A DNA stretch of 32,000 nt. It comes from Opitutales bacterium (lineage in GTDB: Bacteria > Verrucomicrobiota > Verrucomicrobiia > Opitutales > Coraliomargaritaceae). Under the pieces are notes generated by a model. It was not told where the DNA came from and searched no databases. It saw nothing but the letters and a program-made list of their open reading frames with translations. The stretch is taken from NCBI GenBank assembly GCA_049606355.1, contig JBMYVL010000002.1, positions 30,001 to 62,000 on the forward strand, given 5' to 3'. The translations under genes were made by a program, and so were the position numbers. Positions 31,584-32,000 of the stretch are shown piece after piece (position 1 is the stretch's first letter; each line of letters opens with the position of its first letter).

Positions 31584-32000
31584 TTAGAGCGAAGCAAGTG
31601 TCGTTGCGAACGCAGTTTGGTCGCTCGCATTATAAAATGCAGTGCCAGCAACGAGGGTATCAATACCACGCGATCGACACAGGGGTGCTGTTGTTGCATC
31701 AATCCCACCATCTACCTGGAGTCGATAGCCCAAATTCAACTCAGATCGCCAGCGGTCCAGTAATTCCATTTTAGGCAAGGTGTCTTCGCGGAAGGATTGA
31801 CCGCCAAAGCCCGGCTGAACCGTCATTAGAAGTACAATATCGCACAGTTCCAAATAAGGTCGGGCGGACTCGACCGGAGTGTCTGGATTGAGTACGACCC
31901 CGCAGCGGCAACCCTGTGATTTGATTTTTAGTAAGGTAGCCTCGATCGGATAGTTCGGCTCTACGTGTATTGTGATTTGATCCGCGCCTGCGTTTATAAA
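31584..32000 (-). CDS. rpe: Ribulose-phosphate 3-epimerase, C-terminal part; the 5' end lies outside the window
   Basis: The frame stays open up to nt 32000. My own translation upstream of the listed TTG reads FINAGADQITIHVEPNYPIEATLLKIKSQGCRCGVVLNPDTPVESARPYLELCDIVLLMTVQPGFGGQSF..., matching the Rpe motifs MxVxPGFGGQ and VDGGI. Confidence 0.88.
   Translation of the reverse strand, partial: FINAGADQITIHVEPNYPIEATLLKIKSQGCRCGVVLNPDTPVESARPYLELCDIVLLMTVQPGFGGQSFREDTLPKMELLDRWRSELNLGYRLQVDGGIDATTAPLCRSRGIDTLVAGTAFYNASDQTAFATTLASL

Noticed and set aside
31493-31711. A 72-aa minus-strand ORF.
   Set aside because: It overlaps the 3' end of rpe in another frame and extends into the non-coding gap. 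It has no motif and no plausible start context.

Overview
This is a dense bacterial chromosomal segment. By my own gap count, roughly nine-tenths of it is genes, and almost all are housekeeping. I see no CRISPR array, transposase, integrase or recognisable defence or toxin gene, and no long non-coding stretch (the largest gap is 277 nt).

Gene order, left to right:
- cbiX-like chelatase (5' end cut by the window edge), then an orphan LuxR-type response regulator
- tRNA-Ser(UGA), then comM/yifB
- coaE, rho (with a ~180-aa N-terminal extension), pilB-like, pilT, a second pilB-like, and pilC
- Ste24-type M48 protease, secreted EEP-family nuclease/phosphatase, MBL-fold hydrolase
- accA, a small TPR protein, a COG1579 zinc-ribbon protein, tRNA-Lys(UUU)
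- ECF sigma factor with its anti-sigma factor
- ruvA, dapB, dapA
- a second PilT/PilU-like ATPase, tRNA-Glu(UUC), purC
- membrane metallophosphoesterase, a lipoprotein, a MenH-like hydrolase, cyclophilin
- cobA-hemD fusion, hemC
- ilvC, ilvN, tRNA-Val(UAC)
- a small basic HTH protein, then rpe (runs off the right edge)

All four tRNA genes encode their 3' CCA.

I could not find a clear-cut novel system. The items most worth a second look are:
- the pilin-less motor string rho-pilB-pilT-pilB'-pilC, together with a distant third PilT paralogue
- the long, basic, low-complexity N-terminal extension on Rho
- a small AT-hook-like/HTH protein with strong expression signals
- tRNA-Val sitting where ilvB would normally precede ilvN-ilvC

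All family calls rest on motif recognition from the supplied translations; no database search was run. The lineage is not determinable from here. A PVC/Verrucomicrobia-like origin is only a low-confidence guess.
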